From Candidatus Falkowbacteria bacterium (GTDB lineage: Bacteria > Patescibacteriota > Patescibacteriia > JAACEG01): DNA of 54,584 nt. The position numbers and the translations under genes are program-made. Each line of letters begins with the position of its first letter. Positions within the stretch are counted from its first letter, which is position 1. The notes under the pieces were generated by a model that was given only the letters and a program-made list of their open reading frames with translations, did no database searches and had not been told where the DNA came from. The DNA is taken from NCBI GenBank assembly GCA_018651725.1, contig JABIDK010000016.1, forward strand, positions 1-54,584, in the 5' to 3' direction. Below are positions 27,938 through 39,090 of the stretch, piece by piece.

Positions 27938-29383
27938 TTACGTTAATTTCTCCGCCCCTATCTTTAATCTTTGTCTTGATTCTTCTTGCCCTAAAATATT
28001 AGCGATTTCAAATGCTCCACCTGGGGTGAATTTTTTTCCTGATAAAGCAATCCTAATTGGCCAAAGAACTTGGCCATTTTTTAGATCCAGTTTTTTTACT
28101 AATCCTAATAGCTCTTCTTTAATATTTTCCTCGCTCCATTCCTTGATATTTTCAAAAACTGAAATCGCTTCTTTAAAAACTTTTAAAGACAGTTCCTTGG
28201 TTGCTTTCATTTTTTCATGAATAAATAAATCTGTATCATAATCCGGTAATTTGTTAAAAAAATCTATTGTCTCCGGAATTTCACCCAGAACCTCTACTCT
28301 TTGATGTAAAATTTTACTGATTTCATTTAAGTCTAAATCTTTTTCAATTTGTTTATAATATGGTAAAGCTAATTTATGAAACTCTTCCAAGCTTTTTCTT
28401 CTGATATGCTCTCCGTTTATCCAGCGTAGTTTTTGTTTGTCAAAAATAGCTGCGGCAACTCCCATTCTCTCAACAGAAAACTCTTGGACAAGTTCATCTA
28501 AAGTAAAAATCTCTTTTTCATCTTTTGGATGCCATCCTAAAAGAACGGAAAAATTTATTAAAGCCTCCGGTAAATATCCTTTTTCTTTATAGTTTTCAAC
28601 CGCCACATCACCATGCCGTTTGCTTAATTTTCCGCCTTCTTCGCTTAAAGTTAAAGGAATATGAATAAACTTTGGCGCTTCCCAGCCAAAATCTTTATAA
28701 AGCAAAATATTTTTCGGAAACGACGGAATCCACTCCGATCCTCTTATAACATGGGTGATCTTCATTAGATAATCATCGACCACACTGGCAAATTGATAGG
28801 TTGGGACACCGTCGGACTTCATCAAAACATGATCATCCAACTCTTTAACATTAAATTCTATTTCTCCGCGAAGTTCATCTTGAACTATAATTTTCCCTTC
28901 CAAAGGCATTTTTTGCCGAATAACATACTGCTCGTTGTTATCTAATTTTTCTTTTACTTTTTCAGCGCTTAAATCACGACAATGATTATCGTAACGAGGC
29001 GCTTTTTTATTTACAGTTTGCTCCTCGCGTAATTTTCTCAATCTTTCGCTAGAGCAAAAACAATAATAAGCCTTATTATCATCTAGAAGTGTTTTAATAT
29101 GCTTTTGATAGATATCCAACCGATTAGTCTGAGTATATGGTCCATATTCTCCGTTGATTCCCACTCCTTCGTTCGGCTTAAGTCCCAGCCAATCCAAAAT
29201 CCCAGTCAAATTTTCAACCGCTCCTTTAACCTCTCTTTTTTGATCGGTATCTTCTATTCGCAAAATAAAATCCCCACCATCTTTCTTGGCGATCAAATAA
29301 TCAAACAATACCGTTCGCACACTCCCAATATGCAAAAACCCGGTTGGACTAGGAGCGAAACGAGTTCTAATTTTTTTAATCAT
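27938..29383 (-). CDS. gltX: glutamate--tRNA ligase
   Basis: RFAPSPTGFLHIG, RIEDTD, KLSKR. Confidence 0.97.
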   Translation of the reverse strand: MIKKIRTRFAPSPTGFLHIGSVRTVLFDYLIAKKDGGDFILRIEDTDQKREVKGAVENLTGILDWLGLKPNEGVGINGEYGPYTQTNRLDIYQKHIKTLLDDNKAYYCFCSSERLRKLREEQTVNKKAPRYDNHCRDLSAEKVKEKLDNNEQYVIRQKMPLEGKIIVQDELRGEIEFNVKELDDHVLMKSDGVPTYQFASVVDDYLMKITHVIRGSEWIPSFPKNILLYKDFGWEAPKFIHIPLTLSEEGGKLSKRHGDVAVENYKEKGYLPEALINFSVLLGWHPKDEKEIFTLDELVQEFSVERMGVAAAIFDKQKLRWINGEHIRRKSLEEFHKLALPYYKQIEKDLDLNEISKILHQRVEVLGEIPETIDFFNKLPDYDTDLFIHEKMKATKELSLKVFKEAISVFENIKEWSEENIKEELLGLVKKLDLKNGQVLWPIRIALSGKKFTPGGAFEIANILGQEESRQRLKIGAEKLT

Positions 29384-29485
29384 AAAATGTTTAAAATATT
29401 GAATATTTATGTATTTATCTTAACAAAGAAACATTTTTTTGTAAAATAAAAACCGCTACTCATCATAACGGTTTAATAATTTCTA

Positions 29486-30583
29486 TTATAATTTTGTTTC
29501 CAGTTTCTTTTCTCTTTTGAATCTATCTAAAGCGAGTTGAATTAACTTATCGATTAATTCTGAGTACTTAATTCCGCTTAATTCCCATAGTTTGGGATAC
29601 ATGCTGACTTTTGTAAATCCGGGGATGGTATTGATTTCGTTAACCACTAATTGATTATCTTTGGTTAGAAAAAAATCAACTCGTGCCATTCCTTCGCACG
29701 CTAAAACTTTAAATGTCTTAATGGCTAAATCTTGGATTCTTTTTACTGTTTCCTCTTCAAGTTTAGCTGGCATTTCCAGTTTTGCGCCCTCGCTGTCAAT
29801 ATATTTTGCTTCATAAGAATAAAAATCTTTTTGTGGTAAAACTTCTCCGATAACCGAGGCGATTGGATTCTCGTTTCCTAAAACAGAGCATTCCAACTCT
29901 CGACCCTTCACGCTTTCTTCCAATAAAATTTTACTGTCATATTTAAAAGCTTCTTCTATGCTTAAATCAAACTCTCCTTCGTTCTCAATTTTACTTACTC
30001 CAACCGATGAACCGGCGTTGGCTGGCTTTACAAAAATAGGCAGTCCTAATTTTTCTCTTGCTTGAACAAAATTTATTTTATCTTTTTTATGTGCTTCTAA
30101 AATCAAAAACTTAGCGATCGCGATATCACTATCTCGAAGTAATCTTTTAGCAATATCTTTATCCATTCCAGCCGATGAACCAAGCACACTTGGTCCAACA
30201 AAAGGAATATCTGCTAATTTCAATAAGCCCTGTATTGTCCCGTCTTCACCAAAGGTTCCATGCAAAACCGGAAAAACCACATCTAAACTTTTTAAAGATT
30301 TTCCATTTTCTAAACTTATCAGCTGGTTTTCTTTTTTACCCAAAACCAAATTAACAGGCAAACCATTGTCTTTTAATTTAATCTCTTTAGGGTCATCAGC
30401 ATTTTCCAAAAAATCATTTTCTTCATATAAAAACCACTCGCCTACTTTATTAATACCAATCAAAACAATCTCATATTTTTCTTTATCAGCTGCCTTAACG
30501 ATATTTTTAGCTGACTGAAGCGAAACCTCATGTTCGGCTGATTTTCCTCCACAAATAATCCCTACTTTTAGTTTTTGTGACAT
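29486..30583 (-). CDS. ddlA: D-alanine--D-alanine ligase
   Basis: GGKSAEHEVS, LHGTFGEDG, GSSVG, NEINTIPGFT, SMYPK. Confidence 0.95.
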   Translation of the reverse strand: MSQKLKVGIICGGKSAEHEVSLQSAKNIVKAADKEKYEIVLIGINKVGEWFLYEENDFLENADDPKEIKLKDNGLPVNLVLGKKENQLISLENGKSLKSLDVVFPVLHGTFGEDGTIQGLLKLADIPFVGPSVLGSSAGMDKDIAKRLLRDSDIAIAKFLILEAHKKDKINFVQAREKLGLPIFVKPANAGSSVGVSKIENEGEFDLSIEEAFKYDSKILLEESVKGRELECSVLGNENPIASVIGEVLPQKDFYSYEAKYIDSEGAKLEMPAKLEEETVKRIQDLAIKTFKVLACEGMARVDFFLTKDNQLVVNEINTIPGFTKVSMYPKLWELSGIKYSELIDKLIQLALDRFKREKKLETKL

Positions 30584-30767
30584 AAATTTATTTTAATGTA
30601 TATTAAAATGTATATTAAAATTATACTATATAAAGTAAAAATTACCAGCTTATTCTAACTCAAAAAATCGTTTATTTTTTTTCCTTTTAAAAATTAACTG
30701 GACAAAAAAGTATTAATTGTTACTATAAAAATATAAACAAAAAAATGTTCTTTATAGGAGGGCTACT

Positions 30768-30974
30768 GTGAATAAAAAATTAAGAAGCTTGATTGTTCTT
30801 GTTATTAGCGGAATTTTTGCTGGAATTATTGGTGTAGTATTAATGCCAGAAAAAAAGATAGGTACAATTGCCATCGTAACCTCAGCAGTAGTTGCTCAAA
30901 TTATTTGGGATTTTGTTATAAACCCCTATTTAGAAAAAAGAATGCCAAAAGCTGCTTTTATAAGACCCAGATAA
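30768..30974 (+). CDS. small 2-TM hypothetical protein
   Basis: Promoter TGGACA-16-TACTAT with extended -10 (30699-30726), SD AGGAGG, GTG start, terminator 30998-31028. Confidence 0.65.
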   Translation: MNKKLRSLIVLVISGIFAGIIGVVLMPEKKIGTIAIVTSAVVAQIIWDFVINPYLEKRMPKAAFIRPR

Positions 30975-31045
30975 TAAAATAAAAAAACAACAAAGACAAA
31001 GCCCCTTCTCACTAAGAGAAAGGGCTTTAAAAATTGTAAATAAAA

Positions 31046-33238
31046 CTAATTATCCCTATAAATCCTCAAGCTATTAGTTATAACTGTAATGCTCGATAAG
31101 CTCATAGCAATAGCAGCCATCATTGGACTAATTAATCCAGCGATAGCAAGAGGAATTGCCACCACATTATAGAAAAATGCCCAGAAAAGATTTTGCTTGA
31201 TAATTTTAAAGGTCTTTTTAGATAATTTTATAGCTTCAACTATTTTCCTAGGATCTCCTTTCATTAAAATAATATTCCCGGATTCTTTAGCAATATCGGT
31301 TCCTGCTCCCATGGCAATTCCAAGATCAGCTTGCACTAGCGATGGCGCATCGTTAATCCCATCGCCCACAAAAACAACTCGCTTGCCTTGCTCCTGCAAC
31401 TTTTTAATTTCATTTTGTTTTTCATGAGGTAATACCTCGGCTAAATAATTCTTAATGTTAATTTCTTTTGCTACCGCGCTAGCGGCAATTTTATTGTCCC
31501 CGCTAATCATAATCGGCTCTAGATTTAATTCTTTAATTTGTTCTATTGCTTCCTTGGCCCCTTCTTTAATTTCATCGGCTATTAAAAATCCACCAATAAT
31601 TTTATCTCCATGAACAAGAAAATTTATAGTTCCACCGGAATTACTGTACTTTTCTAAAATTTTTTTAGCCCAGCTTATATCTAAATTATTATTTTTAAGT
31701 AATTTAATGTTACCCAATAAAAGTTTTACCTTGTGTATTTTGCAAGCCCCGGCAATCCCCTGTCCGGAAATTTCTTCAAAGCCTTCAATCTCTGCAAACT
31801 GTATATCTTTATCCTTTATAAAATCATTAACCGCCTTTGACAAAGGATGCTCTGATAAATTAGCTAAAGACCCGCCTATTTTTAAAATATGTTTTTCTTC
31901 AAAATCATAATTTTCATTAACCAGAACCTCTTGAACTTTTGGCTCACCTTTAGTTAAAGTTCCTGTTTTATCTAAAACAACAACATCGATATTTTTTGCC
32001 TTTTCGAAACTCTCTCCGTTTTTAATTAAAATTCCTTTCCTGGCTCCAATGCTTGTTCCCACCATTACAGCTATTGGCGTGGCAATTCCAAGAGCACACG
32101 GACAAGCTATAATCAAAACCGCCACCCCGTTAATTAAAGCCAAAGGAAAATCTTTGCTTATAAAAAACCACCCTAGAAAAGATGCAATGGCAATTACAAT
32201 AACGATTGGTACAAAAATTGCCGAAATCCTGTCAGCTAACTTTTGAATTGGAGCTTTATAATATTGAGCTTCTTCAACTGTTTTAATAATTTGGGCTAAA
32301 ACTGTCCCCTCGCCCACCTCAGTTATTTTTATTTTAATAACTCCGTTTTCATTAATGGTTGCTCCAAACACTTTGTCTCCAACTTTTTTAGAAACCGGCA
32401 AACTCTCTCCGGTTAGCATTGATTCGCTTATGTTAGATTCACCTTCGATAACAACCCCGTCTAAAGGTATTTTTTCACTCGGCCTAACCAATAAAATATC
32501 ACCAACTTTTATATCATTAATTTCAATTTCAATTTCCTTGCCATCGCTTGTTATTAATTTTGCTTTTTTTACTCCAAGCTCCATTAATTTTTTCATAGCT
32601 TGGCTGGCTCGTCCCTTGCTTTTTAGTTCTAAATATTTTCCCAATAATATTAAAGTAGTAATTGAAGCCGCGCTTTCAAAATATACTTCCTGGCCTACAA
32701 ACATAGCATACAAACTATAAAAATAAGCAGTTAAAGTTCCCATGGAAATCAATGTATCCATGTTGGCTCTAAATCTTTTTAACTGCTCAAAAGCAACTTT
32801 ATGAAATTTCCAGCCCAAAAAGAAAACAATAATAAATGTTAAATCGTGCTGAATCCAATTAGTCAAACTTACTCCCCAAAACTCTCCCGGGATTTCCCAC
32901 ATAAAAAACATTCTTATTACTATTGGTAAAGACAAAATAACAGATAAAATAACTCTTAATCTTTCCTTTTTAACATTCCCGTTATGATCATATTCATGAC
33001 CACCGCTGTCTTCATGGTGATGACCTTCTTCTTGAATTCCGTAACCAGCCTTTACAATTGTTTCTTTTAATTTTTCACGGCTAACTCTATCTTCATCATA
33101 TTCAACAACTGCTTTCTCGGTTGCATAATTAACGTCAGCCATTTTTACGCCTTCTTGTTTTTGCAAATCATGAGAAATATTAACCGCGCAACTGGCACAG
33201 TGCATTCCCGTAATTTTAATTGTTTCTTTTTTAGACAT
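31046..33238 (-). CDS. copA: Cu(I)-translocating P1B-type ATPase
   Basis: GMHCASC HMA, TGES, CPC, DKTGT, SEHP, GDGIND, YN and MSLSS motifs. Confidence 0.93.
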   Translation of the reverse strand: MSKKETIKITGMHCASCAVNISHDLQKQEGVKMADVNYATEKAVVEYDEDRVSREKLKETIVKAGYGIQEEGHHHEDSGGHEYDHNGNVKKERLRVILSVILSLPIVIRMFFMWEIPGEFWGVSLTNWIQHDLTFIIVFFLGWKFHKVAFEQLKRFRANMDTLISMGTLTAYFYSLYAMFVGQEVYFESAASITTLILLGKYLELKSKGRASQAMKKLMELGVKKAKLITSDGKEIEIEINDIKVGDILLVRPSEKIPLDGVVIEGESNISESMLTGESLPVSKKVGDKVFGATINENGVIKIKITEVGEGTVLAQIIKTVEEAQYYKAPIQKLADRISAIFVPIVIVIAIASFLGWFFISKDFPLALINGVAVLIIACPCALGIATPIAVMVGTSIGARKGILIKNGESFEKAKNIDVVVLDKTGTLTKGEPKVQEVLVNENYDFEEKHILKIGGSLANLSEHPLSKAVNDFIKDKDIQFAEIEGFEEISGQGIAGACKIHKVKLLLGNIKLLKNNNLDISWAKKILEKYSNSGGTINFLVHGDKIIGGFLIADEIKEGAKEAIEQIKELNLEPIMISGDNKIAASAVAKEINIKNYLAEVLPHEKQNEIKKLQEQGKRVVFVGDGINDAPSLVQADLGIAMGAGTDIAKESGNIILMKGDPRKIVEAIKLSKKTFKIIKQNLFWAFFYNVVAIPLAIAGLISPMMAAIAMSLSSITVITNSLRIYRDN

Positions 33239-33244
33239 ATAAAT

Positions 33245-34600
33245 TTATTGTATCACAAACTTACCCCAAATAATCTCTCTCCAGCAGCTGAATTTAATTT
33301 CTCCTGTTTCAGTTGGAGTAAACTCTAAAATATTTTTTCCTCTTTGCAGTTGTTTTTTGTAAAATCCATGCAAAATAATCTGGTCTGCCAAGGTATGAAT
33401 TACATCGTCTTTGACATCTATTATCCAGCGAACAGGCACACCTTTTTGAACAAAAAATGTGTTCGGCGAGTAGCTGTGGCCGGTTATGCTCATTTCAATT
33501 GTTTGATAATTTTTATTTTCATTATCTATAATAATATTATTTTGATTTTCTGTTTGTGGAGCAGAAAAAATATTGCGAACATCATAACCAAAAACAGATA
33601 AACTTCTATTTAATATAAACAAACCTAGAATTATCACTATAACGCCGGATATTTTTAACGCCTTTTTTATGATTGGTCCGCTTAAAAAAGATATAACACT
33701 GCCAAAACCAAACATTAGAGGAATTGTGCCAAGTGAATAAATAAACATTGCCAAAAATCCTTGAATAATATCCCCACTTGATAAGGCGTATAATTGCATG
33801 GCTTGAAGTGGTCCGCAGGGCATAAAGCCGGTTAAAAGACCTATCACAAGCGGTGCTTTTGGTTTTTTTGTGTTTTTATTACTAAAAATAAATTTAGCGA
33901 TAAAAGACGGGGTGCTAATCTTAATCTTCTTGAATAAACTAAATTCACTTAGTAGTGATAAACCCATTAATACCATGAATACTCCAGCAACCAAAAGAAC
34001 AAAACCGCTAAAGTGCGGGCTAATTGCAAAAAAAGATCCAACTCCACCCAAGACAGCCCCTGTTAAGGAATAAGAAATTAATCTTCCAAGATTATACTGA
34101 AAATGAGGAGATAAATTATTTTGTTTTTTATTCTTTGCTCCGCTATAGGCTGTGTATGCTGTTACAATTCCTCCACACATTCCAACACAGTGAAAACTGG
34201 TTAAAAGTCCAACAATAAAAATGAGTCCATAGCTTAAGTTTTTGTCATTTAGCCTGGAAAGGATTTCAAATAAACTAAAATGTTTAACCAAAAAATAAGC
34301 GCTAAAAAACAAAACCATCAAACCAATAGCTATTAGGAAATTATTAGCCGGCTTTTTATTTTTGCTAGCCAACGGATATTCTTCGCCTTTACTGTTAACT
34401 TTATAATTCAACCTTTCTATTTTTTCAAAAATTTCTTTTTCAGAAATTTTTTCTTCATCAAATTCAAGTTCACATTCTCCAGTTTGATAATCAACATTAA
34501 TACTGTTTACTCCTTCTAAGCTTTCTACATCACTCTCAATTAAAGTCTTACAGCTTCGGCAATGCATACCGTCAACTGCTATGTTTATTTTTTTTAGCAT
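33245..34600 (-). CDS. HMA + DsbD_2/TauE-like membrane domain + cupredoxin-like domain protein
   Basis: GMHCRSC, HCVGMCGG, MPCGPL, C-terminal PTETGEIKFSCW. Confidence 0.85.
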   Translation of the reverse strand: MLKKINIAVDGMHCRSCKTLIESDVESLEGVNSINVDYQTGECELEFDEEKISEKEIFEKIERLNYKVNSKGEEYPLASKNKKPANNFLIAIGLMVLFFSAYFLVKHFSLFEILSRLNDKNLSYGLIFIVGLLTSFHCVGMCGGIVTAYTAYSGAKNKKQNNLSPHFQYNLGRLISYSLTGAVLGGVGSFFAISPHFSGFVLLVAGVFMVLMGLSLLSEFSLFKKIKISTPSFIAKFIFSNKNTKKPKAPLVIGLLTGFMPCGPLQAMQLYALSSGDIIQGFLAMFIYSLGTIPLMFGFGSVISFLSGPIIKKALKISGVIVIILGLFILNRSLSVFGYDVRNIFSAPQTENQNNIIIDNENKNYQTIEMSITGHSYSPNTFFVQKGVPVRWIIDVKDDVIHTLADQIILHGFYKKQLQRGKNILEFTPTETGEIKFSCWREIIWGKFVIQ

Positions 34601-34605
34601 AGTGG

Positions 34606-34878
34606 CTATTTATTATATAATTTAGTAACTTTTAAAATTTCCTCGGTCATTTGTTTTTTTAATTTTTCATTTTTTGACTGCATTGCATTTTTAAAACAAC
34701 TTTTCAAATGTCCTTCCATTAAAGATTCATGGGCCGAACGAAGAAGCCCAATTACAGCTAAATTCTGTTGCATAATATCAATGCAATATTCTTTCTCCTC
34801 GCTCATTTTAATAATTTTATCAAGCATCCCGCGAGCCTTTTTAAGGGCTATTAAAGATTTGTCTTTGTGGTCTTTCAT
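34606..34878 (-). CDS. csoR: CsoR/RcnR family metal-sensing repressor
   Basis: YCIDIMQQ ... HLKSC (Cys...His-x3-Cys). Confidence 0.9.
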   Translation of the reverse strand: MKDHKDKSLIALKKARGMLDKIIKMSEEKEYCIDIMQQNLAVIGLLRSAHESLMEGHLKSCFKNAMQSKNEKLKKQMTEEILKVTKLYNK

Positions 34879-34900
34879 AATTTTTTATTATTTATTAAGG

Positions 34901-34917
34901 TACCCCCACCCCAGGTA
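34901..34917. promoter_or_regulatory. putative CsoR operator
   Basis: TACC-CCCACCCCA-GGTA: G/C tract flanked by inverted TACC/GGTA, between the promoter (TTGACA 34954-34959, TATTAT 34931-34936, minus strand) and the csoR ATG. Confidence 0.75.
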
Positions 34918-35031
34918 AAGGTGTATTTTTATAATAATAAAAAATAAAAATCGTGTCAAGCTCTCTGGACAATAATCAATAAAAAAGTTATAATAAAACA
35001 AAACGCTCACTACAAGACAAGGAGGAGGGAA

Positions 35032-35223
35032 ATGACAAATGAATCAATGAATTTTATACATTTTTTGTTAGAAGCTGACGGAATCCCTTTAGTACTGGCG
35101 ATATTTATTTATTATCTCCTCAAACCACTAAAAAAACTTTCAAGGCTTGTTTTCCCTAAAAAAACAAGCCCAAAAACAAAGCAGAGGTTTAGTGATACAA
35201 AAATCAATATAAAAATCACTTAA
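35032..35223 (+). CDS. small single-TM hypothetical protein
   Basis: Promoter TGGACA-17-TATAAT (34966-34994), SD AAGGAGGAGG, terminator 35236-35268. Confidence 0.6.
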   Translation: MTNESMNFIHFLLEADGIPLVLAIFIYYLLKPLKKLSRLVFPKKTSPKTKQRFSDTKINIKIT

Positions 35224-35312
35224 GCAGCCCTTTGTAAAAATCCGGACTTTATTAGCCCGGATTTTTTTCTTTCCTTGCAGTTTTAGAAAAAAAATTATAG
35301 AATAAAGACAAT

Positions 35313-35582
35313 ATGTTAAAAGATTTCAAAAAAGAATTAGAAAAAAATAATAAAATACATTTACAAATAAAAGTTAGTACTAAAAAGCCAAAAACAGAAA
35401 TTAAAGATTTAATGGAAAATAATACTATTAAAATAAATCTCTCTTCTCCTCCGGAAAAAGGTAAAGCTAATAAAGAGCTAATAAAATTTTTAAGCAAAGA
35501 ATTTTCTATTAAAGAAAATAATATTCAAATAATCTCAGGTAAAACAGATAAATTAAAATTAGTCAGAATAACAGACTTATAA
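35313..35582 (+). CDS. DUF167/YggU (UPF0235) family protein
   Basis: [18 protein letters not shown]...IISG.T...K. Confidence 0.88.
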   Translation: MLKDFKKELEKNNKIHLQIKVSTKKPKTEIKDLMENNTIKINLSSPPEKGKANKELIKFLSKEFSIKENNIQIISGKTDKLKLVRITDL

Positions 35583-35583
35583 T

Positions 35584-36603
35584 ATGAATCAAGCTGATGA
35601 CAATCGGATAACTTCATCCCAGGGGAAAGAAGAAGATAAAACTTTTGATGTTTCTTTACGTCCAAAAAAATTAAGCGACTATGTTGGACAAAAAAAGATA
35701 AAAGAAAATCTGGAGATCTTCATGGAAGCTGCTCGGCGTCGCAACGAACCTATTGAACATGTTTTATTATATGGTCCTCCCGGTCTTGGAAAGACCACAT
35801 TGGCTCATATTATTGCTAGCGAAACAGGGAGCAGCATTAAAATTACCTCTGGTCCGGCTATTGAAAAAACCGGGGACTTAGCTGCTATTCTTACTAATCT
35901 ACAAGAAGGCGATATTTTATTTATTGATGAAATTCATCGTTTAAATAAAACTATTGAAGAAATTCTTTATCCAGCTATGGAAGATTATGCTCTTGATATT
36001 ATTATAGGCAAAGGTCCATCGGCCAGAACTCTCCGTCTTGAACTTCCTAAATTTACAATTATCGGCGCTACTACTAAGGTCGGTATGCTTTCTCACCCAC
36101 TTCGTGATCGCTTTGGAAATATTTATCGTTTAAATTTTTATGAACACGAAGACATTGAAAAAATAATTTTACGAAATTCAAAAATTTTGAATGTTACTAT
36201 AGAAGAAACCGCTACTAAAGAAGTTGCTAAACGCTCCCGTCGAACACCAAGAATTGCTAATCGTCTTTTAAAAAGAGTGCGGGATTTTGCCGAGGTAAAA
36301 GCAGACGGTATTGTCACAAAAAATATTTGCGATGACTCCCTAAATGCTCTTGAAGTGGACGAGTTAGGACTTGATGAAATTGATAGAAGAATCCTAAAAA
36401 CAATTATTGAAAAATTTGACGGTGGACCAATCGGATTAAATACTCTGGCTGCCGCCACCTTTGAAGAAACCGACACCATTGAAGAAATGTACGAACCGTA
36501 TCTAATGCAACTTGGTTTCCTACATCGCACCCCCAGAGGAAGAATAGCCACCGAAGACGCCTACCGACATCTGGGAATAGACCCACCAGATACCTTAATC
36601 TAG
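35584..36603 (+). CDS. ruvB: Holliday junction branch migration helicase RuvB
   Basis: [41 protein letters not shown]. Confidence 0.98.
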   Translation: MNQADDNRITSSQGKEEDKTFDVSLRPKKLSDYVGQKKIKENLEIFMEAARRRNEPIEHVLLYGPPGLGKTTLAHIIASETGSSIKITSGPAIEKTGDLAAILTNLQEGDILFIDEIHRLNKTIEEILYPAMEDYALDIIIGKGPSARTLRLELPKFTIIGATTKVGMLSHPLRDRFGNIYRLNFYEHEDIEKIILRNSKILNVTIEETATKEVAKRSRRTPRIANRLLKRVRDFAEVKADGIVTKNICDDSLNALEVDELGLDEIDRRILKTIIEKFDGGPIGLNTLAAATFEETDTIEEMYEPYLMQLGFLHRTPRGRIATEDAYRHLGIDPPDTLI

Positions 36604-36677
36604 TCGAAAGCCCATAAAGTCGAAAGTCGTAAAGCCCGTTGACTTTTGACTTTATAGACCTTATAGACTTTTGACTA
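36601..36677. repeat. inverted array of 7-9-bp tandem repeats
   Basis: AGTCGAA/AGTCGTAA/AGCCCATAA units followed by TTGACTT/TATAGACTT units; TAGTC...GACTA ends. Confidence 0.7.
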
Positions 36678-36683
36678 ATCTTT

Positions 36684-36908
36684 ATGTCTTTCACCTTATC
36701 GTTATTACTTATTCCCTACTTTATTTTCCTAATAATCTTTTTTATTTTTGCTTTTTTTGCTCTTTATCACATCTTCCGTTTTGGATTTAAATCGTTTTTC
36801 AGTATGCTGATGATTTCTTTATTTTTTGCAGGATCTGCATTTATTTTACTTACATCGCTTGGTATAATATCACAGATAAACTGGAAACAAACCGTAACGT
36901 TATTTTAA
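36684..36908 (+). CDS. small 2-TM membrane protein
   Basis: 74 aa hydrophobic ORF with YHIFRFG, in operon after ruvB. Confidence 0.7.
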   Translation: MSFTLSLLLIPYFIFLIIFFIFAFFALYHIFRFGFKSFFSMLMISLFFAGSAFILLTSLGIISQINWKQTVTLF

Positions 36909-36919
36909 ATATATTTCAT

Positions 36920-37483
36920 ATGTTTACTTTAAATAAAATTCCACATCAACAAAAAGACGAGAAAGTAATTCTCGTTTTAAGAAGGCATTGGTTTATCCTT
37001 TTTAAATATTTAATTTTATTTTTAATTACTACTTTCCTGCCAATTGCATCTTATATTTTAATAAAAGATTCAGGCTTTATTATTTCGGGAGATTTTGCAA
37101 AGGCCTTAATTACAATTATTCTCAGCTCTTACTATCTTAGTATGCTACTTTTCTTTTTTACAGCATTTGTAGACTACCACTTGGATGTTTGGATTGTTAC
37201 TAACCACCGCATTTTAAATATTGAACAAAAAGCTCTTTTTTCTAGAGTAATTTCTGAATTAAAGCTGGAAAAAATCCAAGACATCACCTCTGAAGTACAC
37301 GGAATAATTCCAACTTTTCTTGACTACGGAGATGTTCACATCCAAACAGCTGGCTCAGCCAATAGATTTATCTTTAAACAAATACCAGCCCCGGCCCATG
37401 CGCGTAAAAAAATTCTAACTCTTTTAAAGCAAAGCAAACATTTTGAAAAAGTAATAGCAGGGAAAGATAAAATTTCAACTTAA
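36920..37483 (+). CDS. membrane-anchored bacterial PH-domain protein
   Basis: RRHW, 2 TM, WIVTNHRI..IEQK.LF.R..SEL.LEKIQDIT, YGDVHIQTAG. Confidence 0.8.
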   Translation: MFTLNKIPHQQKDEKVILVLRRHWFILFKYLILFLITTFLPIASYILIKDSGFIISGDFAKALITIILSSYYLSMLLFFFTAFVDYHLDVWIVTNHRILNIEQKALFSRVISELKLEKIQDITSEVHGIIPTFLDYGDVHIQTAGSANRFIFKQIPAPAHARKKILTLLKQSKHFEKVIAGKDKIST

Positions 37484-37496
37484 GTTTATTTAGGGA

Positions 37497-38918
37497 CTAT
37501 CTAACAGATTTTAATAAGCTTTTTATATCTTCCCTAGAGTATCCCTTGATAATAAATAAAAATGTAGCGTAAAACAAACCTGCTAAAGGAACTATAAAAA
37601 TCCAACTAATAAATCCCTTTAAAAACACAACCATCGCAAACATTAAACTCGCTGTTATTATATTTTGAAGCATCCTGATTGAAAGTAATTTTTTATTATA
37701 TTTAATCACTGTGTTAACATAGTATAATCCTAAGCCAAACATAACGCCCTGACTGACAATTGAAGCAATAGCTGCTCCAGCCAAGTTATATTTTGGAATT
37801 AAAATTAAATTTAAAACAACATTTATCAACATCGCTATTCCCATATTAGTGGTGTTTCTTTTTTGCTTGTTTGAGGCGTTCAAAAGTGAGCCAATCGGAA
37901 AATACAAAAATACAAAAATAAGAGAAACAGCTAATAAATTTAACGGTAAAATAGAGTTAATAAATTCCGTCCCATACAAAGAAATGATTATTTCTTCTGA
38001 CAAAGAAATAGCCCCAAAACAAATTGGAACTGAAATAATCATTAAATAAATCATTGCTCGCTCAAAAGTTTCTTTTAATTTTTCTTTAGAGTGTTCAAAA
38101 TAATTACTCATTGCCGGATAAATTGAAGCTACAAAAGCCGACGGGATAAACTGTAAAGCAAAAACAAATTTATTAGCCACCCCGTACCAACCAACATAAA
38201 TATCCCCAGCCAGCTTGGAAAGTAAAATTGTATCGATGTGTGTATAAACTCTATTAAAAATCCCAGCCAAGAAAAATGGGGTTGCTATAACAAAAGCATA
38301 TTTAACAAATTTTTTATCTATTGTTAATCTGAATTTAATTCCAGAAACTCTTTTAGCTAATGTAAATGAATAAACTGCATTTAAAAAGCTGGAAAAAGCC
38401 AACACACCGATTAAAAGAGGAATAGACTTAACAGTTAAAACTATTATTCCACCTAAAATAACAGTGATTACTTGATATAAAATTATCCCCAGAGCCTCAA
38501 ATTTTAAAACTTGATGAGATCGAAGCAAAGCGTAAAAAGTCAAAGTTAAAGAATCAAAAAGCATCACAAGACTGGCTATATAAACAAGATTTTTAGTGAA
38601 GCTATCATAACCCATCAGATTAATAACAATAAAAATAGCAATCAAAGTAAAGACTGTAAAAATTAACTTTAAAGTAACGATATTATTAAAATACTTTTTT
38701 GCCTTTTCGTTATACTTCGCAACCTCACGAATTAGAATCGGGCTAAGCCCCATATCTACAAAAATAGAAAAAATCGTTGTAAAAGACAAGGCAAAAAAAT
38801 ACTTTCCAATTAATTCCGGGCCAATATTACGAGCAATTAAAGCAATATAAAAAAACGCCAAAATCTTTTGGAGCACAAAAGCAAAAGTTATATAAGCTGT
38901 ATTTCTGGCAATCGACAT
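37497..38918 (-). CDS. Wzx/MOP superfamily flippase
   Basis: IARNT start, DMGL...LIREVAK, DTILLS, NLILIPKY..AGAA; many TMs. Confidence 0.88.
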   Translation of the reverse strand: MSIARNTAYITFAFVLQKILAFFYIALIARNIGPELIGKYFFALSFTTIFSIFVDMGLSPILIREVAKYNEKAKKYFNNIVTLKLIFTVFTLIAIFIVINLMGYDSFTKNLVYIASLVMLFDSLTLTFYALLRSHQVLKFEALGIILYQVITVILGGIIVLTVKSIPLLIGVLAFSSFLNAVYSFTLAKRVSGIKFRLTIDKKFVKYAFVIATPFFLAGIFNRVYTHIDTILLSKLAGDIYVGWYGVANKFVFALQFIPSAFVASIYPAMSNYFEHSKEKLKETFERAMIYLMIISVPICFGAISLSEEIIISLYGTEFINSILPLNLLAVSLIFVFLYFPIGSLLNASNKQKRNTTNMGIAMLINVVLNLILIPKYNLAGAAIASIVSQGVMFGLGLYYVNTVIKYNKKLLSIRMLQNIITASLMFAMVVFLKGFISWIFIVPLAGLFYATFLFIIKGYSREDIKSLLKSVR

Positions 38919-39004
38919 AAAAAATGTAAAAGTAAAAACGACCTTTAAAATCGTTTATCTTATTATACTAATAATAATATTTAAAAACAAGGTTAAGTTT
39001 GACT

Positions 39005-39077
39005 AAAAGCCTTACCAGGAAAACCGGTAAGGCTTTTTTTATTTCAAAAACACCGCAAATTGCGGTGTTTTTGAAAT
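39005..39077 (-). terminator. tandem terminator hairpins after rpsI
   Basis: AAAAGCCTTACC...GGTAAGGCTTTT and ATTTCAAAAACACCGCAA-A-TTGCGGTGTTTTTGAAAT. Confidence 0.8.
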
Positions 39078-39090
39078 ATGTAAAATAAAT

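Noticed and set aside
27817-28002. 61-aa plus-strand ORF
   Set aside because: Arises inside MITE copy B and overlaps the gltX end in antisense.
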